A stretch of 34,543 nt of DNA from a virus (lineage: Duplodnaviria; Caudoviricetes). The stretch is from positions 1 through 34,543 of IMG/VR virus record IMGVR_UViG_3300029448_000176; one strand, written 5' to 3'. Positions 9,215 through 19,569 of the stretch are shown piece after piece. The notes beneath the pieces were generated by a model. That model had not been told where the DNA came from, made no database searches, and saw nothing but the letters and a program-made list of their open reading frames with translations. The position numbers and the translations under genes were made by a program. The stretch's first letter is position 1, and every line of letters starts with the position of its first letter.

Positions 9215-10387
9215 TCAAAAGTAAAAACAGAAGCAGAGGTGGATTCAAAGCAGCCTCTCAAAATGAAAAGAAAACCTGGTAGACCTAAAAAGTTAACACA
9301 GGAAAAAAAAGTAACTAAATTAGAAATAAAAGAAGATGCCGTTCCAGAGCAAAGCACAGGAGTCGTGGATGCGAATAAACAAACCAAAGATGTGGAAAAA
9401 GTGGAGGAGAGAGCATCCGAGCCAAGACTTGAAGAAATTACCAAAGAGGTCAAAAACAAAGATGAGAACAAAGAACTCGAGGTAATACATGAAAAGCCAG
9501 TAAAAGAAGAAGCTAAAGAATTAGAGAAAAAAGCTCAAGAAGCTATTAGAGATGAAAGAGTTTCTGGTACTGAGCTACCTACAAATGTAGAAAAGCTAGT
9601 CACTTTTATGAAAGACACAGGTGGAACTGTAGAAGATTATGTTACTTTAAATAAAGATTATACAAAGTACGACGACAAGTTACTTGTAAGAGAATATTAT
9701 AAAAAAACTAGACCGCATCTTAATGATGAAGAAGTTAGCTTCATAATGGAAGATAACTTTTCTTATGATGAAGAAGCGGACGAAGAAAGATTTGTACGTA
9801 AGCAAAAGCTTGCATACAAAGAAGAAGTTGCAAAAGCCAAGAACTTTTTAGAGCAAATGAAAAGTAAATATTATGATGAAATCAAGTTGAGGCCATCTGT
9901 TACTAACGAGCAGAAAAAAGCTATGGACTTTTTCCAACGATACAACCAAGAACAACAACAAATAACAGAAAAAAGAAATGAGTTTGTAAACAATACAAAA
10001 AGTTATTTTCAAGAACAATTCAAAGGTTTTGAATTTAATGTTGGAGAAAAAGCTTTTAGATATAGCGTTTCAAACCCACAAGAAATGATAAATACCCAGA
10101 CAGATGTTTCTAAATTTATTAGTAAATTTACTGATAAAGAAGGAAACGTGACTAATATGGAAGATTATCATAAGGCAATTTACGCAGCTAGAAATGCAGA
10201 TAGATTAGCGCAACATTTTTATGAGCAAGGCAAGGCCGATGCAACTAGAGATGTTATAGCAAAGTCTAAAAACATTAATAACGAGACCAGGCCGGTAGCT
10301 ACTGAAGCTACTATGCCTAATGGTTGGAAAGTAAGAGCCGTTACTGGAGTTGATAGTTCTAGGTTGAAAATTAAGAAAAAATCATAA
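9212..10387 (+). CDS. Capsid scaffolding protein
   Basis: Acidic, disordered N-terminus and helical core with HFYEQGKADA; located between portal and MCP. Confidence 0.7.
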   Translation: MSKVKTEAEVDSKQPLKMKRKPGRPKKLTQEKKVTKLEIKEDAVPEQSTGVVDANKQTKDVEKVEERASEPRLEEITKEVKNKDENKELEVIHEKPVKEEAKELEKKAQEAIRDERVSGTELPTNVEKLVTFMKDTGGTVEDYVTLNKDYTKYDDKLLVREYYKKTRPHLNDEEVSFIMEDNFSYDEEADEERFVRKQKLAYKEEVAKAKNFLEQMKSKYYDEIKLRPSVTNEQKKAMDFFQRYNQEQQQITEKRNEFVNNTKSYFQEQFKGFEFNVGEKAFRYSVSNPQEMINTQTDVSKFISKFTDKEGNVTNMEDYHKAIYAARNADRLAQHFYEQGKADATRDVIAKSKNINNETRPVATEATMPNGWKVRAVTGVDSSRLKIKKKS

Positions 10388-10403
10388 TAAAAAAAAATAA
10401 AAC

Positions 10404-11882
10404 ATGAGTTTTACAACAGGAGGTTCGTTCCCTGCATCAATTACGCCAATGCCAAATCAGGTTACCGTACAGGATAACTATATTGATTTTGCTGACACAA
10501 ACTTTGATACATGGGCACAACAATATCTACCTGAGCTATATGAGCAAGAGGTAGAAAGATATGGAAACAGAACATTAGCTGGTTTCCTACGAATGGTTGG
10601 CGCTGAAATGCCAATGACATCGGATCAAGTAATTTGGTCTGAACAAAATAGATTACACATTGCATATGATAATTGTGCTGTTGCAGCTAACGCTGGTTCA
10701 AGTATTACAATTACTATTACGCCTGGTGCAGATAACCCAGCTACTTCAGCAATTAGAGATGGTAACACTATCTTAATTACTGATAACGGTACAGGTTTAT
10801 CTTCTACTAAAGCTTTAGTAACTGATAGAACTTCTGGTGTTACTACTAACGGTTATACCATTGATTGTATTGTATATGAAACTAATGCTGCTGGTGTACC
10901 TGCCGCTATTACTGGAGGTACTTGTAGTGTATTCGTATATGGATCTGAATTTCCAAAAGGAAGTAACGGAATGACTGGAGCTATTGAGCCAGGTTTCACA
11001 AGATACTTTAATTCACCAATTATCTTAAAAGATAACTACGAATTAAGTGGATCTGATACCGCTCAAATAGGTTGGATCGAAGTTGCTACTGAAGATGGAA
11101 CATCTGGTTATTTATGGTACTTAAAATCTGAATCTGAAACAAGATTAAGATTTGAGGATTACTTAGAAATGGCTATGGTTGAAGGTGAGCTTCAAGCTAA
11201 CACAGTAGCTTTTGGTGCTAATTTTGGACCAGGTGGTGCTGCTCAAAATATCAAAGGTTCTGAAGGTTTATTTGCTGCTATCGAAGCAAGAGGTAATGTA
11301 TACTCTGGTTTTGCTGGTGCTGCTGCTCCTGGTTCAGGTGCATTAGGAGATTTTGATGAGATCTTAAAGCAGTTAGACAAGCAAGGTGCTATTGAAGAAA
11401 ATATGTTATTTTTATCAAGACAAACTGCTCTTGATTTTGATGATATGTTAGCTGCTACAAATGGTGGTTACGCTTCAACAAACGCTGCATCTTACGGTTT
11501 ATTTGATAACGAAGCTGAAATGGCTCTTAACTTTGGTTTCTCTGGTTTTAGAAGAGGTTCTTATGACTTCTATAAAACTGACTGGAAATACTTAAATGAT
11601 GCTACTACAAGAGGTATGTCTAACGCTATTGATGGTGTTATGATACCTGCTGGTACATCTACAGTATATGACCAAATGTTAGGATCAAATATCAGACGTC
11701 CTTTTTTACACGTAAGATATAGAGCTTCTGAAACTGAAGATCGAAGATTCAAAGCATGGATCACTGGATCTGTTGGTGGTGCTTACACTACTGATTTAGA
11801 TACAATGAGAGTTAATTTCTTATCTGAAAGATGTTTAATTACACAAGCTGCTAATAACTTCGTGTTATTCAAAGGAGCTTAA
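10404..11882 (+). CDS. Major capsid protein (HK97 fold, with an inserted beta domain)
   Basis: 492 aa after the scaffold. Motifs WSEQNRLH, YGSEFPKG, FGFSGFRRGSYDFYK and FLSERCL..ANNF; strongly T/A-biased third codon positions. Confidence 0.88.
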   Translation: MSFTTGGSFPASITPMPNQVTVQDNYIDFADTNFDTWAQQYLPELYEQEVERYGNRTLAGFLRMVGAEMPMTSDQVIWSEQNRLHIAYDNCAVAANAGSSITITITPGADNPATSAIRDGNTILITDNGTGLSSTKALVTDRTSGVTTNGYTIDCIVYETNAAGVPAAITGGTCSVFVYGSEFPKGSNGMTGAIEPGFTRYFNSPIILKDNYELSGSDTAQIGWIEVATEDGTSGYLWYLKSESETRLRFEDYLEMAMVEGELQANTVAFGANFGPGGAAQNIKGSEGLFAAIEARGNVYSGFAGAAAPGSGALGDFDEILKQLDKQGAIEENMLFLSRQTALDFDDMLAATNGGYASTNAASYGLFDNEAEMALNFGFSGFRRGSYDFYKTDWKYLNDATTRGMSNAIDGVMIPAGTSTVYDQMLGSNIRRPFLHVRYRASETEDRRFKAWITGSVGGAYTTDLDTMRVNFLSERCLITQAANNFVLFKGA

Positions 11883-11912
11883 TTATTTATTAACATTTAA
11901 AATATAGAAATT

Positions 11913-12266
11913 ATGGGTTTAGTAAAATTAGACGTTAACAAAGTTGTACAAGCTGAAGGCATACTACAACTTACCGCTGTTATATCAAGTAACACACTTA
12001 CAATTGATGTTATCTACGCTTTAGAAATGGGATCAAGCAAATTAGCGAAAGCTAATGTTGTCTACACTAAAGGCGCTTCTAACTCTTTCACTAAGACTGA
12101 GGCAGAATATTTAGAATTATTTGCAAGTGCATTTGGTAATGCAATGGGAACATCTGGACCATCTATCGTTGGACCAGTTGTTGAACAAAAAGTTACATCT
12201 ACTGGAGTACTAGTAGGGAGTATCACGCCTGCAATTACGTTAAAGCTTTCATCAGCTTTATCTTAA
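11913..12266 (+). CDS. Small protein co-transcribed with MCP, candidate capsid decoration protein
   Basis: Lies between the MCP and a strong terminator; function inferred from position. Confidence 0.5.
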   Translation: MGLVKLDVNKVVQAEGILQLTAVISSNTLTIDVIYALEMGSSKLAKANVVYTKGASNSFTKTEAEYLELFASAFGNAMGTSGPSIVGPVVEQKVTSTGVLVGSITPAITLKLSSALS

Positions 12267-12280
12267 TTAAGGTTATACTT

Positions 12281-12308
12281 AAGATCCCGCTTCGGCGGGG
12301 TCTTTTTT
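12281..12308 (+). terminator. Rho-independent terminator after the capsid genes
   Basis: AAGATCCCGC-TTCG-GCGGGGTCTT then TTTT: 10-bp stem with one G-U pair and a cUUCGg tetraloop. Confidence 0.92.
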
Positions 12309-12313
12309 AATTA

Positions 12314-12333
12314 TTATATTATATTATATTATG
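12314..12333 (+). promoter_or_regulatory. TTATA-repeat leader running into the ATG of gene 12331
   Basis: Identical 20-mer to 9195-9214. Confidence 0.55.
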
Positions 12334-13122
12334 GAAGAAACAAAAACAAAAAAGGCTCCAGTCAAAAAAGCTGAAGCTAAACCAGTAGACAACTGGGAAT
12401 ACAAAGATAGAAATTATTACTTAATAGGTAATAAAACACCTTTAACATATACTATACCAAGTAGACATTCTAAAAGATACCCTTTAGTATGGTTTGATCC
12501 AGAACAAGGATATGAAAGAGAAATGAGATATGCTACTAATATGAAAAGTATATTTGTTGATGAACAAAAAGGAGCAGCCACATTAAAGCATGTAATGTTT
12601 AATACTGGGCATTTATTTGTTCCTAAAGAAAAAAGAAATTTACAAGAATTTTTAGATAAACACCCTCATAAAGGTGTTATATTTCAAGAATTTGATCCAA
12701 TAATAGAAGCAGAAGATCAGTTTGAAGATTTACAATATGAAATACAAGCTATGAATATGGCTTATGAAATGGATATTGAACAAGCTGAAGCTATATTAAG
12801 AGTAGAAGTTGGATCATCTGTTAGTTCTTTATCATCTAAAGAACTTAGAAGAGATTTATTATTATTTGCAAAAAGAAACCCAGAGTTACTTATCAACTTG
12901 GCAAATGATGAAAATGTAATTCTTAGAAATTTTGCTATTAGAGCTGTTGAAGAAAGAATAATAGATCTTTCACAAGATCAAAGAAACTTTACTTGGAAAA
13001 GCAATGGTAGAAAATTAATGAATATTCCGTTTGATGAAAATCCATATTCAGCTATGGCCGCATGGTTTAAGACTGACGAAGGTATGGAAGTATATAAATC
13101 AATAGAGAAAAAATTCAAATAA
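12331..13122 (+). CDS. Hypothetical protein of the morphogenesis cluster
   Basis: Intact 263-aa ORF with a strong AT leader; no catalytic motif recognised. Confidence 0.7.
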   Translation: MEETKTKKAPVKKAEAKPVDNWEYKDRNYYLIGNKTPLTYTIPSRHSKRYPLVWFDPEQGYEREMRYATNMKSIFVDEQKGAATLKHVMFNTGHLFVPKEKRNLQEFLDKHPHKGVIFQEFDPIIEAEDQFEDLQYEIQAMNMAYEMDIEQAEAILRVEVGSSVSSLSSKELRRDLLLFAKRNPELLINLANDENVILRNFAIRAVEERIIDLSQDQRNFTWKSNGRKLMNIPFDENPYSAMAAWFKTDEGMEVYKSIEKKFK

Positions 13123-13123
13123 C

Positions 13124-13134
13124 AAGTGATTATA
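13124..13134 (+). promoter_or_regulatory. Candidate late-promoter motif AAGTGATTATA
   Basis: Intergenic; the same 11-mer occurs at 19555-19565, also intergenic. Confidence 0.4.
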
Positions 13135-13138
13135 ATAT

Positions 13139-13167
13139 GAGGGGTTACACAAGTGACCTCTCTTTTT
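13139..13167 (+). terminator. Stem-loop with U-tract (terminator or attenuator)
   Basis: GAGGGGTTAC-ACAA-GTGACCTCTC then TTTTT: 10-bp stem with two G-U pairs. Confidence 0.7.
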
Positions 13168-13178
13168 AAAATATTAAA

Positions 13179-13931
13179 ATGGCAATAAACGTAAACACTG
13201 TATATACTACTGTTCTTACTATTCTTAATAAAGAACAAAGAGGTTACTTAACACCTTATGAATTTAATAATTTAGGTAGGCAAGTACAATTAGAAATATT
13301 TGAAAGTTATTTTGAAAACTTAAATCAAATGTTAAGACAACCTCCTAGTAATGATACAGAGTATGCAAATAGAGTTAAATTGCTAGAAGAAAAAATAGCT
13401 ACATTTGAAACACAAGCCACTGCAACTGTAGCCTTATCCGGTATGTTCGGTCAAACAACATTACCTGCTGATAATCATAGATTTGGTATGTTAGAATATA
13501 CAGACAGTGCTAAACTTCCAGTTGAAGTTGAAAAATTATCACGTCAAGAGTTTTTACAAGCTAGACGTTCTCAGTTAACATCACCTACAAGCAGTCACCC
13601 AATATGTTATTTGGAGGGAAATACATTAAATATATTACCAGGCATAGCTACGGCAGCTGCTAACGCAGCTAACGGTACAGGTGCTCAAAGCTACATTATA
13701 GAATATGTTAAAAAACCTGCTGATCCAGTTTGGGCTTTTACAGTTAATAGTGTAGGTGGATATGTATATGACCCAGGTGTTGCTTCTGTTAATTTTGAAA
13801 TATCAGATGTAGATCAAACTGAACTTATATTAAAAATATTAATGTACGCTGGCGTCATAGTAAGAGACCAGCAAATAGTACAACAAGCTGCTCAAGCTGC
13901 AGTTGCACAAGACTCACTAGAACAAAGTTAA
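13179..13931 (+). CDS. Head-tail adaptor / ring (tail tubular A-like) protein
   Basis: N-terminal helix NKEQRGYLTPYEFN..QLEIF, beta sandwich with YVKKPADP, C-terminal helix. Resembles crAss-type ring proteins and sits at the expected position. Confidence 0.65.
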   Translation: MAINVNTVYTTVLTILNKEQRGYLTPYEFNNLGRQVQLEIFESYFENLNQMLRQPPSNDTEYANRVKLLEEKIATFETQATATVALSGMFGQTTLPADNHRFGMLEYTDSAKLPVEVEKLSRQEFLQARRSQLTSPTSSHPICYLEGNTLNILPGIATAAANAANGTGAQSYIIEYVKKPADPVWAFTVNSVGGYVYDPGVASVNFEISDVDQTELILKILMYAGVIVRDQQIVQQAAQAAVAQDSLEQS

Positions 13932-13937
13932 TAAATT

Positions 13938-15158
13938 ATGCCAAATAAAACAGCAGCAACAATTCCACTAACTGAAAACGATCAGCAGTATTATGCTGGT
14001 CAGTATGGTCCATTAGAAAATACTACTGGTGGTACTAAAGATGTATGGGAGTTTCCAAATTTAAATACAACACTTATAAGCAACTACGATGCTATAGGAG
14101 GTACTCAAGTAAGAGATACTGGTAACTTTGCTGTTCACGCTTTGGCTACTGCTACTACTTTACCTACCGATGCTAATAAAATTACAGTTAGCAATGTTAT
14201 TGTAACTGATACTACTAATAATACTATAAAGATAAGTCCAGCTATTGCTAATGGTGCTTTTATATTTTTAGATTTAACTGATATAGCTACAGGTGATAAT
14301 TACGGCAGCTATAGCTATTTAACACTAAATGATATTATAAGTAACTTTCAACTAGCATACACAGGCAATGGTCAAATACTAACACAAGTAAATAGAACTC
14401 AATTACTGTTTCATACTAGAAGAGCTATGCAAGAACTATCATATGATGTTTTAAAAGCTTACAAATCTCAAGAGTTGACTGTGCCTACAAACTTAACAGT
14501 GCCAATACCTAAAGATTATGTAAATTATGTTAGAGTAGCTTGGGCTGATCAATTAGGACTATTGCATACTATATATCCACTATGGGGACTTAGTGGCAAT
14601 CCTGATGAACTACCTATAATTGATGGAGCTACAGGTGTACCTACTCAAAGTTCTTACGGTACCAACTTAGAAGCTTCACAGTCTGTTATAGAAGACAGGT
14701 GGAAAGATGCAAATGATAGAGAAATTGTAGGTGATTACGACCCTTATGATGATAGCGGTGTTTATAATTATCAATGGTGGAAACAAGCTTATGGTGGTAG
14801 ATACGGATTAAATCCTGAAACAACACAAAGAAATGGTTGGTTTAGTATAAATCAAAGAACAGGTATGTTTACGTTTAGCGCTGGTTTAGTTAGTCAAGTT
14901 ATACAACTAAGCTATATATCAGATGGTTTAAGTATTGATTTTAATAGTATTGTTCCTAAGCTAGCTGAAGAGGCTTTTTATGCTCAAATACTATATAGAG
15001 TTGCTATGACTAGAAACGATGTTGATGGCGGTACAAAAGCTTTTCTTAAAAGAGATTCGTATGTTAAAACTAGAAACGCTAAATTAAGGCTTTCTGAATT
15101 AAAAATAGATGAAATAGTTCAAATATTTAGAGGTCAATCTAAATGGATTAAACATTAA
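13938..15158 (+). CDS. Second ring / tail tubular structural protein
   Basis: RRAMQELSYD, IPKDYVNYVRV, LSYISDG and VPKLAEEA fit the adaptor/ring pattern, with an extra N-terminal beta domain. Confidence 0.6.
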   Translation: MPNKTAATIPLTENDQQYYAGQYGPLENTTGGTKDVWEFPNLNTTLISNYDAIGGTQVRDTGNFAVHALATATTLPTDANKITVSNVIVTDTTNNTIKISPAIANGAFIFLDLTDIATGDNYGSYSYLTLNDIISNFQLAYTGNGQILTQVNRTQLLFHTRRAMQELSYDVLKAYKSQELTVPTNLTVPIPKDYVNYVRVAWADQLGLLHTIYPLWGLSGNPDELPIIDGATGVPTQSSYGTNLEASQSVIEDRWKDANDREIVGDYDPYDDSGVYNYQWWKQAYGGRYGLNPETTQRNGWFSINQRTGMFTFSAGLVSQVIQLSYISDGLSIDFNSIVPKLAEEAFYAQILYRVAMTRNDVDGGTKAFLKRDSYVKTRNAKLRLSELKIDEIVQIFRGQSKWIKH

Positions 15159-15163
15159 ATTAA

Positions 15164-18100
15164 ATGCAAAGAAAATTTAACCATACATTTACTAAGTCTA
15201 AAATGAACAAAGACTTAGATGCTCGTCTATTAGGCTCTGATGAATATAGAGATGGCCAGAATATATCTGTTTCTAGATCAGAAGCTGATGATGTAGGTGC
15301 ATTAGAAAATATTTTAGGTAATTTACTTTTTAATCAATTAACCTCTGCCACTGCGTCAACACCAAATGTATATTTACTGCAATTTATTGGTTGGTATATA
15401 AATGAAGATACTAATAAAGTATACATATTTGCAACTGACTTTCAAGATAGCTCAGCAGATCAAATATCTTTATTTGCTTCTCCAATGAGTTCACATAAAA
15501 TAATTGTAGCAGATTTAACAGCTAATACTATAGCTACTATAGTCTCAGGTAGGTTTTTAAATTTTTCTTATAATAGTCCTATACTTGATGCTGCTATGAT
15601 AGAAAATCAATTGTTTTGGACAGACAATAGAAATCAACCACGTATTATAAATGTTGAAACTGCTGAGTCAGATCCTAATTATTATTTCCATGAAGATCAT
15701 GTGTCACTAGCTAAATATTATCCTCATAAGCCAATACAGCTTTTTGAAGAATACTCACAAGACGCCATGATGGTTACTACTAGCGCTTTAAGAACTTCAG
15801 GAGTAGCTACATTTGATTCTATATATCCTTTCTTTTTATTTAAAACAGCAGACATGAGTGCTACAATGTTGGCTGCTATTACTGACAACATAGGGCTACA
15901 AGGATATGTCAAAGGTAATGATAACAATACTTGGGAATTTAAAGTAGCTTATGTACAGCAGTTGACTGGACTAAATCAACCTCTTAATGCTGGAGCAGTA
16001 GCTGTATTTATTGATAGAGATATAAGCGCTCAAGTTACAGCATTCACAGATCCTGAAGATGAAGCTTTAAATTATACAGTTTACTTTGTTGATCAAACAT
16101 CAAAAGATGTAGCTTCTCCTTGGTTAAGAGAAGACCAAGTAAAACTTAAACTTGATAGCGTAAGTGGCAGCGCTAGTGGCTATGTCTATACAAGCGGTGC
16201 TTTAGCTACTTACGACTACGCACAAGCATTATATAAGTTTGGCACAAGATCACCTTATAATTACTTAGAAGATACTACAGGCGGTGGCAACTGGTCTGCT
16301 TTTCAAATACCAAATCATTTTCCTAAAAACACTAGTACAGCTGCTATAGGTTTTCCTAGAATAACTCATCCTGGTTTAGATCCAAATAAATATTATGTAA
16401 TAACAGATGTTGGCGATCCTGGAGCTACAGCTAAAAGTTTTACTGTCCAACTTCTTAGTGGTTTTATAGGTGGAACATTGACAAATGTTAATGCAAACGC
16501 AATATTTGCAGCTGGAGATGTCGTTACTATACATTGGCCTAATAAATATTATAATTATAATTTTCCAGGAGATCAAAAATTTTTAGAAGATAAGTTTGTA
16601 AGATTTTCATATAGATTTAAATATGATGATGGGCAGTGTTCTGTCATTGCGCCTTTTACTCAAGAAGTTTTTATACCAAAGCAAAAAGGATATTTTTTAA
16701 AAGAAATTAATAGACAAAAAAGTAGTGGAGTAGATGATAATAATTATATTCCGCAAGAATATACAGCAGGACAAAACACTATAGTTGACTTTATGGAAAA
16801 TGAAGTTACCGAAGTTAAGTTGAGAATACCTTGTGAGTATGCAGTTAATACTTTAGCTACTAATTTAAAAGTAAAAGAAATAGAGATACTATATAAAGAA
16901 TCAATGGGGCTGAGTATTAAAGTAGCAGAAACCTTAGATATAGATGACACTTCTATAACTTCTAATTCAACTAATTTTTTAGAATATGTATATCAATCTA
17001 AGCAGCCAATCAAAACTCTTAGATCTTCTGAAACTACTAGAGTTTATGACAATGTACCTGTAAGGGCTAAAACATTAACTTCATCAGGAAATAGAGTTAT
17101 ATTAGGTAACTTCTTTGATAGACACACTTCACCAGAAAGCCTAGCATATTATGTTTCTGCTGGTAGAAAATTAACACCAGGCAGCACTTCACAAAATCCA
17201 TCAAACAGGATAAGTACTAATTTACCAGGCAAATTTAGTAATGTATCATATCCTAATCATACTTTAAAACAAAACAGAACATATCAAGTAGGTTTAATAT
17301 TGCAAGACAGATATGGAAGATCTTCTGATGTAATATTGTCAAAATTTACCGATACTAATTTTACTTTACAAACTGGCACGTTTGCTGATAATCCACAAAC
17401 ATTTTTTGGATCAACACTTTACCATAGTTATTTACCTTCTGTAACAGAGCCTTTAACAGCTAGTCCAGCTAGTAAAAACGTAGTTAATTCTGGTATTGTT
17501 AACTGGCCAGGCGACTCTTTAAAACTTTTACTTACAGAACAAATACCTCAAACAATTAGCTATGCAAGTGGTTATCCAGGTTTATATGAAGATCCTAAAG
17601 TTACAGCTAGTGTAGTTACATCTGCTTCTTTTACTGGTAGTATATACATTGAAATTACAACAGGTGGAGCTGCAGACTCAATAGTGCCAGGTGATTTAAT
17701 ACAGTGGACAGCTTCAGGCGTTGACTATGAGTTAGTAGTTCAATATGCGTTTAATAATCTTCAAACAACAGGTAAAAATAGGTACGGTATGATTACTCAA
17801 AATGGAGAACAACCAACTACTGTTCCAGGTGTTGCACAATCCGTAGACTTTATCGACGCTGGTAACGCTACAGGTTGGTATAGTTATAAAGTTGTAGTAA
17901 AGCAGCTAGAACAAGATTATTATAATGTTTATTTACCTAGCTTATTAAATGGATCACCAGTTATTAAGCCATTTGATTTAACATGTACTTTTGTTAGTGG
18001 CAATAAAATAGCAACAGTAGATGCTGTAGGTACAATAGAAAATTTAACTTTTCCTTTGTTAGAAGGTATGAAAGTTGTTACGCCAGGTGGTAAAACTTAC

Positions 18101-19531
18101 TATATAAATAATATTTTAAATTTTACTCAGTTTGAATTAACTTCAGCAGCTACCGCAAGTGAAGCTAGTGTAGAAGCTACTTTTAGTACTGAGTCTAGCA
18201 CTGGTGTTTTAAATGTTACTACTTTATTAACAGATAATGCTAATAAAGTACCACCAGCTTTAAATGAAACAACTCCTGTACAACAGCAATATTCTACTAG
18301 TGACGTAGAGTTAATACCTAGACTAGCTGAGTTAAGTAGTTCTTTTACTACTGATAGACCTTATTTTGCCTCTGCTACAACTGCTTCAGGTCCTGTATTT
18401 CCAGGATTACAAACAATGAAAGTACAGTCAATTGGAAATTTTGAAAACCTGTTTAGAAGAGGTAGTTATAACGGTTTATATAATGCAGATACAGATCCTC
18501 CAACTGCTATTATTCAAAACACATTTAATTTAGGTTCAAATTCACAAATAGCAAAACCTTCATCTGAAGCAGAAACTCTACCTGCTATATATGAAACGAC
18601 GCCTACAATAAGTAATATAGAAATATATTATGAAACAAGTACTTCAGGTACTGTAAAAGAATTAAACACTTTAATAAGAGATAACTTAACTGTTCCAACT
18701 CAATTTGTAACAGCGGTAATAGGTGGTACTGGAACTGCGCCTTTAGGTACAGTATCTTTTAATGAAAGCTTACAATATTCAGCAGCTGCTACTATAGTTG
18801 AATTTCAATTAGTAGATCAAAACGGTACTAAAATATCGTATGCTAATGCTACAGATCTTGCTGTAAGCACGGCTGCTTATCAAAATGGAACTTCAATTAG
18901 CCCAGCGCCATTTACTGTTACTGAAAAAGGTAGTGATGATATTTACTTATTAAAGCCAACAGCTACTAATCCAATGTATAGTTCAGGTAATGCTTTACTA
19001 GATAATGTTGCTTTTAATGTTACTTTTAATTTTTTACAATTTGGTATACTACCTACACCGTACAGTATACAATTACCAACGTTTGTAAATAACGTAGCTC
19101 CAGTATTTAATACTTCTAGAGTAAATGCAGCTGGTACTGTTTATTATGTAACACAAAAGTTAGGAACTGGTGCGCCAGTAGCTCCAGGCCCTACTAATTG
19201 GAACAATGCTGATGGTACTAATAGTACTAAAAGTAGAGCAACAAATGGATCTAATAGTGGTAACGCAAATGCTAGCACAGGTATTACTTGGGAATTGTTT
19301 GTTAAAAGCACAGATATGTTTGGAGATAGTAACTTTATACCAGCAAATCAAATAGACGGATTAGGATTAAGCTTAATAGTTAGTGGTGATTTTTGTAATT
19401 TAAATGTTAGCAATTACAGCGAAGAATATGTAACAGGAAATATAAATGTAGAAATAAGAGCTACAGACCAGAGCGGCAACGGACTAACAACAGTAATATC
19501 TCAGTTTGATTTAAGATTGAAAGAAGGTTAA
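15164..19531 (+). CDS. Tail stabilization / muzzle-like protein, N-terminal part
   Basis: Starts with KMNKDLDARL..EYRDGQN..GALENILGN; also LFWTDNRNQPRIIN, FVRFSYRFKY, GNRVILGNF and RTYQVGLILQDRYGR, as recalled for crAss-like muzzle proteins. Confidence 0.7.
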   Translation: MQRKFNHTFTKSKMNKDLDARLLGSDEYRDGQNISVSRSEADDVGALENILGNLLFNQLTSATASTPNVYLLQFIGWYINEDTNKVYIFATDFQDSSADQISLFASPMSSHKIIVADLTANTIATIVSGRFLNFSYNSPILDAAMIENQLFWTDNRNQPRIINVETAESDPNYYFHEDHVSLAKYYPHKPIQLFEEYSQDAMMVTTSALRTSGVATFDSIYPFFLFKTADMSATMLAAITDNIGLQGYVKGNDNNTWEFKVAYVQQLTGLNQPLNAGAVAVFIDRDISAQVTAFTDPEDEALNYTVYFVDQTSKDVASPWLREDQVKLKLDSVSGSASGYVYTSGALATYDYAQALYKFGTRSPYNYLEDTTGGGNWSAFQIPNHFPKNTSTAAIGFPRITHPGLDPNKYYVITDVGDPGATAKSFTVQLLSGFIGGTLTNVNANAIFAAGDVVTIHWPNKYYNYNFPGDQKFLEDKFVRFSYRFKYDDGQCSVIAPFTQEVFIPKQKGYFLKEINRQKSSGVDDNNYIPQEYTAGQNTIVDFMENEVTEVKLRIPCEYAVNTLATNLKVKEIEILYKESMGLSIKVAETLDIDDTSITSNSTNFLEYVYQSKQPIKTLRSSETTRVYDNVPVRAKTLTSSGNRVILGNFFDRHTSPESLAYYVSAGRKLTPGSTSQNPSNRISTNLPGKFSNVSYPNHTLKQNRTYQVGLILQDRYGRSSDVILSKFTDTNFTLQTGTFADNPQTFFGSTLYHSYLPSVTEPLTASPASKNVVNSGIVNWPGDSLKLLLTEQIPQTISYASGYPGLYEDPKVTASVVTSASFTGSIYIEITTGGAADSIVPGDLIQWTASGVDYELVVQYAFNNLQTTGKNRYGMITQNGEQPTTVPGVAQSVDFIDAGNATGWYSYKVVVKQLEQDYYNVYLPSLLNGSPVIKPFDLTCTFVSGNKIATVDAVGTIENLTFPLLEGMKVVTPGGKTYYINNILNFTQFELTSAATASEASVEATFSTESSTGVLNVTTLLTDNANKVPPALNETTPVQQQYSTSDVELIPRLAELSSSFTTDRPYFASATTASGPVFPGLQTMKVQSIGNFENLFRRGSYNGLYNADTDPPTAIIQNTFNLGSNSQIAKPSSEAETLPAIYETTPTISNIEIYYETSTSGTVKELNTLIRDNLTVPTQFVTAVIGGTGTAPLGTVSFNESLQYSAAATIVEFQLVDQNGTKISYANATDLAVSTAAYQNGTSISPAPFTVTEKGSDDIYLLKPTATNPMYSSGNALLDNVAFNVTFNFLQFGILPTPYSIQLPTFVNNVAPVFNTSRVNAAGTVYYVTQKLGTGAPVAPGPTNWNNADGTNSTKSRATNGSNSGNANASTGITWELFVKSTDMFGDSNFIPANQIDGLGLSLIVSGDFCNLNVSNYSEEYVTGNINVEIRATDQSGNGLTTVISQFDLRLKEG

Positions 19532-19554
19532 TATAGTAAATTAGTTAATAAAAT

Positions 19555-19565
19555 AAGTGATTATA
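19555..19565 (+). promoter_or_regulatory. Candidate late-promoter motif AAGTGATTATA
   Basis: In the 38-bp gap between the two muzzle-like genes; matches 13124-13134. Confidence 0.4.
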
Positions 19566-19569
19566 TAAT

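Noticed and set aside
4583-11882. Introns or inteins in TerL, portal or MCP
   Set aside because: ORFs are continuous, of plausible length, and show no intein termini or homing endonuclease motifs.
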